Below the pieces are notes generated by a model. That model worked only from the letters and a program-made list of their open reading frames with translations, was not told the DNA's origin and searched no databases. Below, in pieces: positions 12,441 through 25,482 of a stretch of DNA of 64,000 nucleotides; position 1 is the first letter of the stretch, and each line of letters starts with the position of its first letter. The position numbers and the translations under genes were made by a program. Origin of the DNA: Ginglymostoma cirratum (Eukaryota); contig JAHRHZ010000223.1 of assembly GCA_024137785.1 (NCBI GenBank), forward strand, positions 11,724,908 through 11,788,907, read 5' to 3'.

Positions 12441-12770
12441 TCTTTTATTCATTCATGCGATGTGGGTTTCTCTGGCTGGGCCAGCATTTATTGACCACCC
12501 CTAATTGCCTAGAGGGCAATTAAGAGTATGGAGATGCATGTAGGCCAGATCAGGTAAGAATGGCAGATTTCCTTCCTTAGATGATGCCGGTGAAGCAGAT
12601 GGGGTTTTCAGGTTTTGTTAAAATAACAGTCATGCTCATCATAATTGAGACTTGTTTTTCAGTAGCTGATTTTAAATTCTACCATTTTCCCAAGGTGAGA
12701 TTTGGACATATATCCCTATAGTCTAGCCCTCTAAATCTAGGTGGCATTACCACTACACCACTGTCTCTCA
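12440..12770 (-). mobile_element. tRNA-derived SINE with L2-like tail
   Basis: ggctgggccagcatttattg...catgtaggccagatcaggtaagaatggcagatttcc. Same family as the copies at 24375 and 38.5-39.9 kb. Confidence 0.65.
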
Positions 12771-12794
12771 CACTGACTGCTGTAATATACATGG

Positions 12795-13200
12795 AAGCAT
12801 AGAGTCATACAACATGGAAACAAACCCTTCAGTCTAACTCGTCTATGCCAACCAGGTTTCTAAAAATAAACTAGTCTCGTTTGCCTGCATTTGGCCTATA
12901 TACCTCCAAACCTTTCGTATCCATGTACTTATCCAAATATCTTTTAAATGTTTAGAATGTATCTGCATCCATCACCTCCTCTGGCAGTTCATTCCACATA
13001 GAAACAACTCTCCATATAAAAATGTTGCCCTCAGGACCTTTCTCCTCTCACGTTAAAAGGCTGCCCCTTAGTTTTGAACTCCCCCACCCTAGGGAAAGGA
13101 CTCTTGTTATTTAGCTTATCTATGCCCCTCTTGATTTTATAAACCTTTATCAGGACACCCCTCAACCTCCTATGCTCCAGCTAAGAAAATCCCAGCTATC
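12795..13200 (-). mobile_element. CR1 LINE 3' fragment
   Basis: catagagtcatac tail and CR1 3'-end motifs (ctctggcagttcattcc; caccccctcaacctcct). Confidence 0.75.
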
Positions 13201-16200
13201 TCCTCCACATGTACCAAATTGGTCAAACTGTGAGCCTTGGCTCTGCTGGCAGTCTCATATCTGAATCAGGAAGCCATGACTGAAAGCTCCTCAGTACCTG
13301 TGATTTTCAAAACTTATCACCTTAGGAACTTTCCTCACCTCAAAATAGATTCTGTTGTGGACAGACTGATGAGGACTGATTTCCATGACAAACAAAAAAC
13401 TCCGTGATTGTTGTGACATTTTCTGACAAAGCTGGTAAAAATTGAACCACTTGTGGCTTGATCTTCCATCATTCAGCAAACCCTTTGTTCCAAAGCCATC
13501 ACAAAACATAAATTCCCACAGAAAAAATGGAGCTAGGACACAGTTGTTTGGTAGCAATTAAGCTTGCACACACAGGACTAGCACCAATACTATTCTGTTG
13601 AAAAGGCAGAGTCTGAGTTAACAGTTTTTCACAATGTTTCACTGATGCTTTTCTCTGCAGCATTCTTTAAAACAAATGGGCTCACTGAGAGATCCACACA
13701 GACTCAGAACAATTTTAGTCTCAATTGTTGAGCTGTCGTACCTGTTGTTAGATCCTCAGGGTCTGTAGCTTTTCTCAAGATAATCCGTGCTAACCATGTC
13801 AGCTGTACTTTTAAGAATTGGAACTGATTAAACTTAAATTTTCTAAAGTGTTCAAGTGAAGAAACTCCCTTGTGAAGTGCATATCCATATATAATTTTCC
13901 TAACAGATCATTAAAATGTATAAATAAGGTGTGATTAATAGTTGCAGCTAGCTATGGATACAACATGCACCAAAACCAGCCACCTGATCAATTTAAGATA
14001 ATGAAAAGTCAAAGGAAATAGCGTGACATTTATAACAGGCCTTCTTTAGTTCACTCCTTAAATTACTGTTGTTGGTTGGATTTGGAGACGTGTGGTTTTC
14101 ATTTTTAAATGGTGATTCTGATAACTAAACTGATCTAGCAGATTTGCTAAGTCTGACTGAACTATGTAGCACTCAGGTGAACTATCACTTAGCAACAGCA
14201 AAGGCATTGGTTGGAGAAAATGCACTTTCTCAAACTTGCCTTTCTATCTTTAGGAACTTTCTGAACAGAGGGAGAGTTTGAATGGCATCTTAGGTAACCG
14301 TGGTCATCCTTATCAAGACTCTCAATCAAGATGTCAGAGAACAAAAGCCAAACATCAAAAAAAAACAAAAGATGATGGAAAATCTCTTGTTCATGTTACT
14401 CTATCCCAACCAGAATCAGGCCATAAAGCCAAGCTCATATAAGTAAAAGAAATTTCCAATGCAGACACAAGAAATAGAAACAGGAATGGGTCAAATGACC
14501 TCTTGAATCTGCTCCAACATCATAGCTGATCTTCTCACTCACCTCCACTCTTTTGCCCTGTCCCCACATTCCATGATTCCCTTTCTGTCCAAAAATCAAT
14601 CAAACTCAGAGGTGAACATACACAAGAACTAAGCAGGACCAGAATTTTGGGATGGGGAATTCCCAAAAATTCAAACCACACTCAGTGATGTAATTTCTAC
14701 TTTCTACTTATTGACTCGGGCCAGGTCTCTTCAGATTATTGCATCATTGACATGCACCCAATTTTATGCCGTTTGCAAGCTGAAACATTTTGGATAATAT
14801 TCCATCTTTTTAATCTTTTATGAAAATGATAAACAGCGAAAGCATAGTGATATCTCTGGAACTGCCAGTATCAACTTATTTTTAATCTGATGCCACCCAT
14901 TCACCTTTATCTTTGGCTGCCTTCTTTTCAGCTCTCCATTAATCTAGCCAAATAATTTGCCTATTCCAGGGGTCAATCAGTATAGTTTTAAGCAGTTTAT
15001 TTTGATTGCCTGTTTCTGGTGTAATCAAAATTCCACTGAGACCATCGCTGGGAGAAAATTTCCATAGCACTCGTCGTACTGATGGAAACAAAAACCTTGG
15101 GGCTGACACAACTTTACAGAGAACAGTTTCTTTCCACTTTGAGTGATCTTCATAGTTGCAATCATTCTTGAACACTGAGAAAACATTAATTTCTCCAGCA
15201 TTTTTCAAATACTACCTTTAATTCTCACCAGCTGTTTCTGCATTACTTGGAGAACTACAGAGTTCTCTCAGTGTCCTAAACAACAATATTCCCAAAAGCC
15301 AAGCGTTCAAAAACTGATTATCTGGTCAATTATTTCATTTGCTGCATGTGGCATCTTGCTATGTTAACTAGACTCCTGTATTCCATCAGTGTTTGCTCTT
15401 CAATACTAATTCAATGCTTGTAATGGTCACAATTTACTTGAGACACCCTGTCAACATGACTGGGTGCTTTTCAAATGGAAAATTATTTTTAATGTGAGCC
15501 CCTTCTATCTCAATCCTTAAAGCTGCTATCAATAGTAAGATGAAAATTTAGATTTGAAAATCGAATCTTGACTTCAACTGCAAGAATAAAGTGAAAGGAA
15601 TTCATCCAGCACTTGTTTGTTTGAAAGAAAACGCTCATAAGATTGAGAGTGGAATTTGTCTTAAATGAGAATCATAGATCTTTCTTTGTTGCTTTTAAAA
15701 GAACTTCACTGGTTAATTTCCTTCATTCTTACAGCAATATAACTACTGCTGCTGACCAGAAATGCAGCACATTACTGATGCACACTTGGCACACATTGTT
15801 ACTATGCTTACGATTTCCCACATCTGAAGACACATAGGCACAGCATCTTGTCTATTTTTTGTAGCTTGTTTCTTCTGGAATAGATCACTGCTTGAAACCA
15901 GAGGCTATAACTTCAGGGGTACCACCAGCCGCTGGCTTGTTGGAAGGATTTGCAGGCTGACAATCAACCGTTTTAGCCTCATTTTGAATGCATTTTCCAT
16001 GACATCAGATCCTGGAATGAGACATGAACCCGGAGCTCCTGGCTCAGAGATACTGACACTATCATTACATCACAAAACCATCTCAAAATCATATAAGACT
16101 ACCTCCCATTTACAACCATGACTGTTAAGTTAAAGTTTAGGTGGGAGATTGTATTAAATGGAAAACAAAAGTACTGGAGCTGCTCAGTATGTCAGACAAT

Positions 16201-16230
16201 ATCAGTGGAGAGAGGAGAATGTTGCTTTCA

Positions 16231-16545
16231 GGTGGCTCAGTGGTTAGCACTACTACCTCACAGCATCAGCAATCCAAGTTTGATTCCAGCCTTGAGTGTC
16301 TGTCTGTGTGGTGTTTGTACATTCTCCCCATGTCTGCATGGGTTTTCTCCCACAGTCCAAGGATATGCAGGTTAGGTAGATTGGTCATGCGAAATTGTCC
16401 CACAGCGTCTCAGGATTTGCAGGCTATGGTTAGCCATGGTAAATGCAGAGTTACTGGGATAGGGCAGAGGGGTAGGTCTGGGTGGGATGCTCTTTGGAGG
16501 GTTGATATGGGCTTGATGGCCTGCTTCAGTACTGTCTATGAGATT
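16231..16545 (+). mobile_element. HE1/V-SINE-like SINE
   Basis: ggtggctcagtggttagcact head; acattctccccatgtctgcatgggtttt V-domain. Confidence 0.85.
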
Positions 16546-16574
16546 AAATACATTTTATTGAACTAGGGAAATGC

Positions 16575-17220
16575 TGTCAGCAGGTCAGGTGGGTACAGGG
16601 TGAAGAAAGTGATTAATGGCAGCAAAAGAACAAAGGGTCATGTCTATGATAGGGTGAAAGACAGAAAAGTAAAAGAGTTGGTCGTGGAAATCCAAAACAA
16701 GTGGCAATTGAACACAAAAATGATGTAACTAGAAGAGGTACGAACAGCAGCATGATGAACAACTGCCACCTGAATCTAAAAATGATGGGAAAAAAGTACA
16801 AGAAAATTTACCCAAGCGACAGGTTTCTAAATCAGGGCAGTGACTACACTCTGAAATTATTGAAATTATTATTGAACTGTTGCATCTGAAAGTAAAAGTG
16901 ACTAATAACCAAATGAACACCACTCCTTGAAATTATCTTCAGCTTTGCTGGACAAGAGTGCAATCCAAAGTCAGAGCAGTCAACATGAGTGTTGAGTGGC
17001 AAATTAAAGTAACCAGAGACCAGAAATTCAGAAGAATTGGCAAACACGATATTCCGCAAAGTTTATACATTTTGTGTAAAACCTATTCACTTCCAACCAT
17101 GCAGTTCTGATGAAAGGTCGGTGACGCAAAATGTTAACTTAACTCTGCTTGTCCGAAAGGCTGAGCATTTCAAGTGCTTCCTGCTCCTATTTCAGGTTTT
17201 CAGCATTCATAGTATTTCTT
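16575..17220. mobile_element. Old Penelope-like remnant with a degenerate hammerhead motif (17105-17140, +)
   Basis: gttctgatgaaaggtcggtgacgcaaaatgttaac plus flanks resembling the short HHR-element body. Confidence 0.45.
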
Positions 17221-17319
17221 TCTTCTATCAATTCACATTGTTTGGCTTATGTGCTTGAATAAAAATCATGGCAAATGAGTTGCCTTACATAATTTTGCTG
17301 AGTCGGTGGCAGAATTGGA

Positions 17320-17530
17320 CCCTTACATCTGAGTCTATTTCTAGTGATTTGAGTACACAAATTTCGGATGATACTTCATTGCAGCACTGAGGGAGTGCTG
17401 CACTGTTGGAGGTGTCATCTTTAGGATGTGACATTAAATGACAGTTCCATCTGCTTTATTCAGCAGGCATAAAGGACACGCTGGCATCATTTGAAGTCAC
17501 ACAAGGCTCCTGACCAATATTTATCCTAAA
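17320..17530 (+). mobile_element. DeuSINE-like SINE fragment
   Basis: gcagcactgagggagtgctgcactgttggaggtgtcatctttaggatgtgacattaa...cctgaccaatatttatcc. Confidence 0.65.
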
Positions 17531-17866
17531 ATTAAAAACCTGTGACTTTTATCCTTATTTTAACAAAATTTTACTGATCACCTCTGTGGAAGTCATAACA
17601 GTATGGACTAAGGTTGCGTTTTGATGTTACTACTCAGAGACATGGCAAAATATTAAAGAATGTGAGATGGGAATGAAGGGAAAAAAAGGTGACAGAAGGA
17701 TAGTGGAGAATAGAATGAGAAAGGCAGAGATGACAAAGGAAAAGGAAGAAATGTTGGGGTATATTATGACAGAGATAAAAGGTACTGCAGATGCTGGAGA
17801 ATCCGAGATAACAAGCATGGGGCTGGACGAACACAGCAGGTCAAGCAGCATCATAGGAGCAGGAAA

Positions 17867-17902
17867 ACTTGACGTTTCGAGCCTAAACCCTTCATCAGAA
17901 AT
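17867..17902 (-). ncRNA. Minimal hammerhead ribozyme motif
   Basis: Minus strand: auuu-CUGAUGA-a-GGGU-uuag-GCUC-GAAA-C-GUC-aagu. Confidence 0.75.
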
Positions 17903-19178
17903 GGGGGAGGGGAAGAGGGTTCTGAAATAAATAGGGAGAGAGGGGGAGGCAGATAGAGGATGGATAGAGGAGAGGATAGGTGGAGAGGAGGCAGACAAGT
18001 CGAAGAGGCGGGGATGGAGCTGGTAAAGGTGAGTGTAGGTAGGGGGTTGGGGAGGAGATAGGTCAGTCCAGGGAGGACGGACAGGTCAAGGGGGCGGGAT
18101 GATGTTAGTAGATAGGAGATGGGGGTGTGGCTTGAGGTGAGAGGAAAAACAGGTTAGGGAGGTGGAGATGAGCTGGGCTGGTTTTGGGAAGCGGTTGGGG
18201 GAGGGGAGATTTTGAAGCTTGTGAAATCCACATTGATGCCATTGGGCTGCAGGGTTCCCAGGCTGAATATGATTTGCTGTTCCTGTAGCCTTCGGGTGGC
18301 ATCACTGTGGCATTGTAGGAGGTCCAGGATGGACATGTCATCTGAGGAATGGGAGGGGGAGTTGAAATGGTTCGCGACTGGGAGGTGCAGTTGTTTGTTG
18401 CGAACTGAACGCAGGTGTTCTGCAAAGCGGTCCCCAAGCCTCCGCTTGGTTTCCCCAATGTAGAGGAAGCCACAATGGGTACAGCGAATGCAGTATGCCA
18501 CATTGGCAGATGTGCAGGTGAACATCTGCTTGATGTGGAAAGTCTTCATGGGGCCTGGGATTGGGGTGAGGGAGGAGGTGTGGGGGCAGGTGTAGCACTT
18601 CCTGCGGTTACAGGGAAAAGTGCCGGGTGTGGTGGGGCTGGAGGGGAGTGTGGAGCGGACAAGGGAGTCGCGGAGGGAGTGGTCCCTCCGGAAGGCGGAT
18701 AAGGGTGGGGAGGGAAAAATGTCTTGGTGGTGGGGTCTGATTGCAGATGGCGGAAGTGTCGGAGGATGATGCGTTGGATCCGGAGGTTGGTAGGGTGGTA
18801 TGTGAGGACGAGGGGGCTTCTTTTTTGGTTATTATTGCGGGGACGGGGCGTGAGGGATGTGTTCCGGGAAATGCAGGAGACACGGTCAAGGGCGTTCTCG
18901 ACCACTGTGGGGGGGAAGTTGCGGTCCTTGAAGAATGAGGACATTTGAGATGTACGGGAGTGGAATGTCTCATCCTGGGAGCAGATGTGGCGGAGGCGAA
19001 GGAATTGGGAATAGGGGATGGCATTTTTGCTGGAGGGTGGGTGGGAGGAGGTGTATTCCAGGTAGCTGTGGGAGTCAGTGGGCTTGAAATGGACATCTGT
19101 TTCTAGGTGGTTGCCCGAGATGGAGACAGAGAAGTCCAGGAAGGAGAGAGAAGTGTTGGAGATGGTCCAGGTGAACTT

Positions 19179-19578
19179 NNNNNNNNNNNNNNNNNNNNNN
19201 NNNNNNNNNNNNNNNNNNNNNNNNNNNNNNNNNNNNNNNNNNNNNNNNNNNNNNNNNNNNNNNNNNNNNNNNNNNNNNNNNNNNNNNNNNNNNNNNNNNN
19301 NNNNNNNNNNNNNNNNNNNNNNNNNNNNNNNNNNNNNNNNNNNNNNNNNNNNNNNNNNNNNNNNNNNNNNNNNNNNNNNNNNNNNNNNNNNNNNNNNNNN
19401 NNNNNNNNNNNNNNNNNNNNNNNNNNNNNNNNNNNNNNNNNNNNNNNNNNNNNNNNNNNNNNNNNNNNNNNNNNNNNNNNNNNNNNNNNNNNNNNNNNNN
19501 NNNNNNNNNNNNNNNNNNNNNNNNNNNNNNNNNNNNNNNNNNNNNNNNNNNNNNNNNNNNNNNNNNNNNNNNNNNNNN
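19179..19578. other. Assembly gap (400 N)
   Basis: Run of n characters. Confidence 1.
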
Positions 19579-19830
19579 ACCTGTTTTTCCTCTCACCTCA
19601 AGCCACACCCCCATCTCCTATCTACTAACATCATCCCGCCCCCTTGACCTGTCCGTCCTCCCTGGACTGACCTATCTCCTCCCCAACCCCCTACCTACAC
19701 TCACCTTTACCAGCTCCATCCCCGCCTCTTCGACTTGTCTGCCTCCTCTCCACCTATCCTCTCCTCTATCCATCCTCTATCTGCCTCCCCCTCTCTCCCT
19801 ATTTATTTCAGAACCCTCTTCCCCTCCCCC

Positions 19831-19866
19831 ATTTCTGATGAAGGGTTTAGGCCCGAAACGTCAAGT
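19831..19866 (+). ncRNA. Minimal hammerhead ribozyme motif, fully canonical core
   Basis: auuu-CUGAUGA-a-GGGU-uuag-GCCC-GAAA-C-GUC-aagu. Stem I pairs auuu with aagu. Confidence 0.8.
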
Positions 19867-21179
19867 TTTCCTGCTCCTATGATGCTGCTTGACCCGGGGT
19901 ATATTATGACCTTCAGTTTTGCAGCTGAATTTGTAGATGGCGTGAAAAAAGCTAACTCTGATGACCCTCATGGTCTAATAGCCTTCTGCCACCTGAAGTC
20001 TTATTTTCCATGATAACTAGCCAGAAGGTGACCTCAACTGCTGACCAAATCCGTTTGCAAGCTCTAGGTATGCCCTAATGTAACCTCTTGGGATATACAC
20101 CTCAGGAGAAAGGCTACCCACCAAGTACAATGCACTCTAGGAGTAACAACACCATGGTTGCCATGCCTCCTGTTTGAATAATTACCATGCCAAGTTGAAC
20201 AGCAGCCAGGAAATCACATCCCACTATCTTTCGGAGAGCAGTCGGCCTAAGGTCAAAGATATGTAAACGGTTATCTTGCCTCAAATGCTAATATTCCAAG
20301 TGCTAGGCCTTGTCTGGGGACAGATGTAGCAGTGGTCCTATCGTGTGTGCCTACAGCAATGTGCTACTGATGGAAGAAGTCACACCTCAGGGGATGATGC
20401 AGTGAGTACACAGCAGCAACTCCTTGCCTTGGCTGGGCTCCATCTCCAGGTTAAAAAGACTGGTACAAGGTCTGACAACTCCTGATGAGTTGTTTGTTCT
20501 TTGTTTAAAATGGATTTATTTTATTTACAGGGTTTCTTGCAATTAATTGTTAGCAGTGGAATTTCTTTGATCACAAACAATTCCATTTTGGCTGGACAGG
20601 TCCTTTATCATTCAGCTTTACCACCCGCCAGGATGCATTTCTGGTGGGTAAAACCCCACAATAAACGTCCACAGTCTCATTACTTATTACCTCTATAATG
20701 TACCCTAGGGCACACATTCGTGTCACAGATACAGACGTTTCAATTCATTTTCAGTATTTATACTCAGTGCTTGAATACTAATAAGGCAGTGAAAAGGCAT
20801 TCCACTTCATTCTACTTACTAATTCTCCTTTGCCATGTTGTTAGTTCTAACACTTTACTTCCCTCCTCCTCAGTTCTTTATTTATTCCAACGGGCTACTC
20901 TGAAATCGGCTTTAAAACACCGTCCCTGTTCAATTCAAAAAAACAAAACAGAAAATTCTAAAGATAAAATGAACAACAGGTCAGTTTGAAAGAGGAAGAT
21001 GATTACTGGGCAATATTTAATGCAGGCAAGAGAATTTCACCCACTGGCTAAAGACCTGGCATTAGCCCTGCACCTCCTCCTTTAGGGAACGGTTGTTGGC
21101 ACTAAGTTTTTCTTTAGTAATTAAGCAATCAGGGCAGGACCTTCCCTGAGAGAAAAGCTGACATTTCCCACTCAACTGG

Positions 21180-22118
21180 GTAGACGCAATAAAGATGTTT
21201 CCCCAGGTTGGAGGTTTAGAGCCAGGGCACATGTTCTCAGAATAAAGGGTTGGCCATTTTAGACTTGTATGAGGATTAATTTCTTCACTCAAAGGCTGGT
21301 GAAACTTTGGCATTCTCTACCCTGAAGACTATGATAAATCTGTCAATGTGCTTACTCAAGGCAGAAATTGATAGATTCCTCAATATGAAGAATACCAAGA
21401 CATATGTGGGAAAATGGCATTGAGGTAGATCATCAGCTATCAGCTTAAGCTCAATGGCCAACTCCAATGTCTCTGGGCAAAATTCTTGAGTTCCCTTCTT
21501 AACAGTGAGATGTGTGGTAGTCCCTTGAAAGAATGATGGTGCTTGCTTATGGCAAGAACGTATGTGTAAAATCTTTTGATATGATGAGGAAGATGGTGAC
21601 AATGGCCCAGTTGAAAATATGGATGTTGAGCAACTGAGCAGTATAGTGAGAGATAAAGAAGAGATTCTAAAAAGGCTTGCAGCACTGAGGCAGGGAAGTT
21701 TCCAGGCCCATGTGGGACACATCCTGGACTGCTGAGAAAAGTAAGGGAGCAAATTATGGAGCTGTTGACAGAAATTTTTCAGACATCTCTGAATTCAGGA
21801 TTAGCCCTGAGGGATTAGAGGGATTGCAAATGTGACAGTGTAGTTCAAGAAAGGGACAAAGGAGCCCATGAAACTACAGACCTGTCAGCTTGAGATCAAT
21901 AGTGGGAAACCTGATGGAGGCCATAATACAGGATAAGATAAATATACACTTAGAGAAAAATAAGATAGTACTTGACAGTCAACATAGCATTGTCAAGGGC
22001 AGATTATACCAATTTAATTGGTTTATTTGATGAGGTGACACAGGCAGTAGATGAGGGGAGTGCTGTAGATGTTGTACATTTGGACTTACAGAAAGCATTT
22101 GATATGATGCCACATGGC
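21180..22118 (+). mobile_element. Decayed CR1 LINE fragments
   Basis: CR1 3'-like segment at 21180-21440 and an RT segment with FDEVTQAVDEGSAVDVVHLDLQKAFD. Confidence 0.75.
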
Positions 22119-24111
22119 AGCTTTAGTAGCATGGTGGCACTCTTGAACAAAAGAACAATGCCAGGATGCATTTGAGAATTTAAAAGCAGTGTTAACCCCA
22201 GCACCAGTTAGAGCCATACTAAATTTCTTGAAACCCTACAAAGTCACCATAAATGTAAGTGATGTAGGCGTTAGAGCTCTGTTGTTTCAAGAGGGTGATT
22301 GTTACAATTGAAAGGCCAGTTGGTTATTTTGCAAAAGAACTCGATATCCACCAAAAACATTCAACCATTGAAAAGGAGTTATTGGGTTTGGTAATTGCCT
22401 TACAACATTTTAATATTTACATTGCAAACAATACATCAGAGATGGCTGTGTATATCAATCACAATCCTTTGACGTTTCTGGGAAGATTTAAAGGCAGGAA
22501 CACCAGATTATTTCATTGGAGTCTTACATTACAAGCATTTAATTTACAGATTGTACAAGTTGCAATTTGTGAAAATATTGCCATAGATGTACTGTCGCAG
22601 ATTTAAAAGGAAAAATGTTTATGTAAGATAGAAATGGTAGTGTTCAATGTTGTATTTGTATACATACATATAAAGAGGTTGAACACAATGTGTAAGTCTA
22701 GATAAATGAGCTGTGGATCTATTATACAATGCAGTTAAGGTTTTAAAAGAAAAAAAAAGCCATCTTTTCACAATGATGGTGCATCTCTTTTTGAAGGAGG
22801 CAAGTGTTGTGAAGTTACGTAGGGCACTTGTGGACTAGGAGGCAGCTAGTTAGAATTTGGTGTTTGTAAAATGCTGGGGGAAAGCATTGTGTGGTCCCTT
22901 TTAAAAATGATGTATTTTTTCTATGTTTGGAGATTCAAAAAGGACGTCTGTGGGCAGCAGCTTGTGTGTTTGCAAGTGCACAGACAGCACCCAAATTAAA
23001 ACACTTGTATCAAAACGCCACACAGTTAACAGGCTAAGCAGCAGTTTTGTTTTGCAACCAAGATAACGTGTTTTGTATTTAGCCAATCAATTTGAAGCAG
23101 GCACTTAGATACCAAAAATCAACTAAATTTATATCTGATGGTTTAGGCACACAGGACCAATCTGAGCAAAAGAAATCGATATGTTGTCAAAAGCATAAAG
23201 GAAGAGGGCAGTTGGACAAATTGGGTGGCGGGTGGGGAGAACTAACTGCCATCTACTAGAATTAACAGTTCTCAGTTGCAAGAGAGAATTACTGGCTCTC
23301 ACAATCTTCTCTAAGTCTAAGAGAAAGCACCATCTAAATCAAAGATACCAACAGACAATTAGTTAATATTCCTGACAGAAGAAATGACAGAGAAAGTGTT
23401 CCTGACGGAACTTTTGATGGAGAAGGCATAGAACATTCCAGAAGAAACATAACCCAGCTGCAATTTTGAGAGACCAAATTCAGTAGTTAGCACTGCTGCC
23501 TCACAGCACCAGAGACCCAGGTTCGATTCCAGACTCAGGTGACTGTCTGTGTGGAATTTGCACTCTCTCACCATGTCTGCGTGGGTTTCCTCCAGATGCT
23601 CCAGTTTCCTCCTACATTCCAATGGTGTGCAGGCTAGGTGGATTGGTCATGCTAAATTGCCCGTAGTGTTCAGGGATGTGTAGATTAGTTGAGTTATAGG
23701 AATGGGTCTGGGTGGGATGTTCCAAGGGTCAGTGTGGACATGTTGGTCGAAAGGGCCTGTTTCCACACTGTCGGGATTCTGTCTGTGAAAAGTAAGTGGG
23801 ATTTGTATTTAGTGGAACAGCATACCATTAGAAGTTTGTTTCATTTGGGAATAGTTAGTAGTTAGAAGGGGTTCATTCAGTTTGTTAATAATTTAGTTAA
23901 TTTGTTCACTGTTTAAAGCTAAATAAATAAATTGTTACTTGTTGATTGTAAAGTGAGTGTCAGAGGTTTATTTTGTTTAACCAATAGAAGTTTCTGAAAG
24001 GCAGCTTACACCACTTTTCACACTTTTTTTTACAGATTATAGGGTGAAGAACTCCTCACTGGGTGTTTCAGTTTTAGTTCACAGAGGAGGGTTAACCTCT
24101 GCTTTATAACA
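22119..24111 (+). mobile_element. Ty3/Gypsy LTR retrotransposon remnant: RT connection and RNase H, PPT, 3' LTR
   Basis: CQDAFENLKAVLTPAPV...VSDVGV and ERPVGYFAKELD...STIEKELLGLV...LFHWSLTL...ENIAIDVLSQI*. PPT GAAGGAGGCAAG at 22793-22804. LTR 22805-24111 with TGTTGTGAAG...CTTTATAACA termini and an internal AATAAA. Confidence 0.8.
23480..23782 (+). mobile_element. HE1/V-SINE-like SINE inserted in the Gypsy LTR
   Basis: cagtagttagcactgctgcctcacagcacc...ggttcgattcc; V-domain. Confidence 0.85.
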
Positions 24112-24113
24112 AT

Positions 24114-24912
24114 AATGCCAGGAAAGAGGGATCTTAGATAGCAGGAATGATGAGAGAAATTGGGCTTATTCTCTTTGGATCAGTAAAGGATAAGAGGCGA
24201 CTTTATCAAGGTGTTCAAAATTATGAATAATTTGGACAGGGCAAAGAAAGACATTCTGCTTCTATTAGTCGGTATGTCAGGAACTAGGTGTCAAAACTTC
24301 AATGTTGTTGGCAAGAGAGTTAGGAGTAGGATGAGGAGAAACTTCTTGACTCAGAGAGTTGCTCGGATTAGTTGCTGAAGGCCGAGTGGCATTTTTGCTA
24401 GACTATTAATCCAGACACCCGGGTAATGTTCCAGGGACCCAGGTTCAAATCCCACCACGGCAGGTGGTAGAAGTTGAATTCAGTAAAAAGCCAGAATTAA
24501 GAGTCTCGTGATGACCATGAATTTGTTGTCATTTGTTGTCAAACCCATCTGGCTCAAAGATGTCCTTTAGGGAGGGAAAGAACATCCTTGTCTGGTCTGG
24601 CCTACATGTGACATCAGGTCTACATCAATGTGGTAGACTCTTAACTGGGATTAGTTAATTAGGGATGCACAACAAATCCCACTGATACCTTCATTCCGTG
24701 AATGAATGAATAAAAAATAATAATAATTTAGAATGTGCTGCCTGGAAGAGTGGCCGAGGTTGATATATCAAAAGAGAGCTGGATATATTTGAAAGTGATG
24801 AATTGAGAAGCCTATAGAGATGGGACTAGGTGGGTAGCTCTCTCACGAGCTGATACAGACATGGAGGATCAAATGGCCATCTTCTCTACTGTAAAATTCT
24901 ATGATTCTATGC
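24114..24912 (+). mobile_element. CR1 3' fragment split by a tRNA/L2-tail SINE (~24375-24720)
   Basis: CR1 motifs (aggagaaacttcttgactcagagagtt...aatgtgctgcctgg; attctatgattctatg tail). SINE with gggacccaggttcaaatccc. Confidence 0.7.
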
Positions 24913-25482
24913 TGTTACACTTCATCCACCACATCCTTCTGCTTGACCAGGGCCTCCCAAGGTAAGGACTTGAAACTGGAGCTATACAAGTATGCTTTGA
25001 TTACATAAAAAGATCTCAAAAGCATTAGATGGTAATAAGGGAATCGCAAGGAATATTGGCATTGACATCAACACTCAAATCCCATGAAAGGTGTCATTTA
25101 AACTTTAGGCCAAATATTGGAGCACTATTAATTATGACTGCTTGATAAATTATTCTTTTAAGGTAGAAAATATTTTAGCTTTGTCATGCAGGCATTGAAG
25201 AAACTAACAATCAGAGCATTGGGTTGGGCTCAAAGGTGCTTTGATCCCAAGCTACCTCCTTCCTTGATCTAAGGTCTATCAAGGGGAGAACATGAGGGCA
25301 AGTCTGCAGTACAAACGAGAAAGAGAAAATTGAATGAATCTATATAGTTTCCTGGGCTTGCTGTAAAACATTTCATGAAAAATGGATGCTGATGTTCTTC
25401 AATCTTGTAGGATGTCTCCTTAATATGTTGACTTTCTCATGATGATGGTTAAACTTTGTAGACGTTATCCTCAAACTTAGCT

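Larger units (their letters stand above)
17771..19895 (-). mobile_element. Neptune-type Penelope-like element with an inverted terminal-repeat copy at its 5' end, spanning an assembly gap
   Basis: GIY-YIG ORF remnants 18154-18944, same family as 5688-6962. 19579-19893 is a near-exact reverse complement of ~17840-18153. 15-bp TSD GGGGTATATTATGAC at 17756-17770 and 19896-19910. Confidence 0.92.

Noticed and set aside
19075-19647. ORFs of 173-189 aa
   Set aside because: Artefacts of reading through the N gap.
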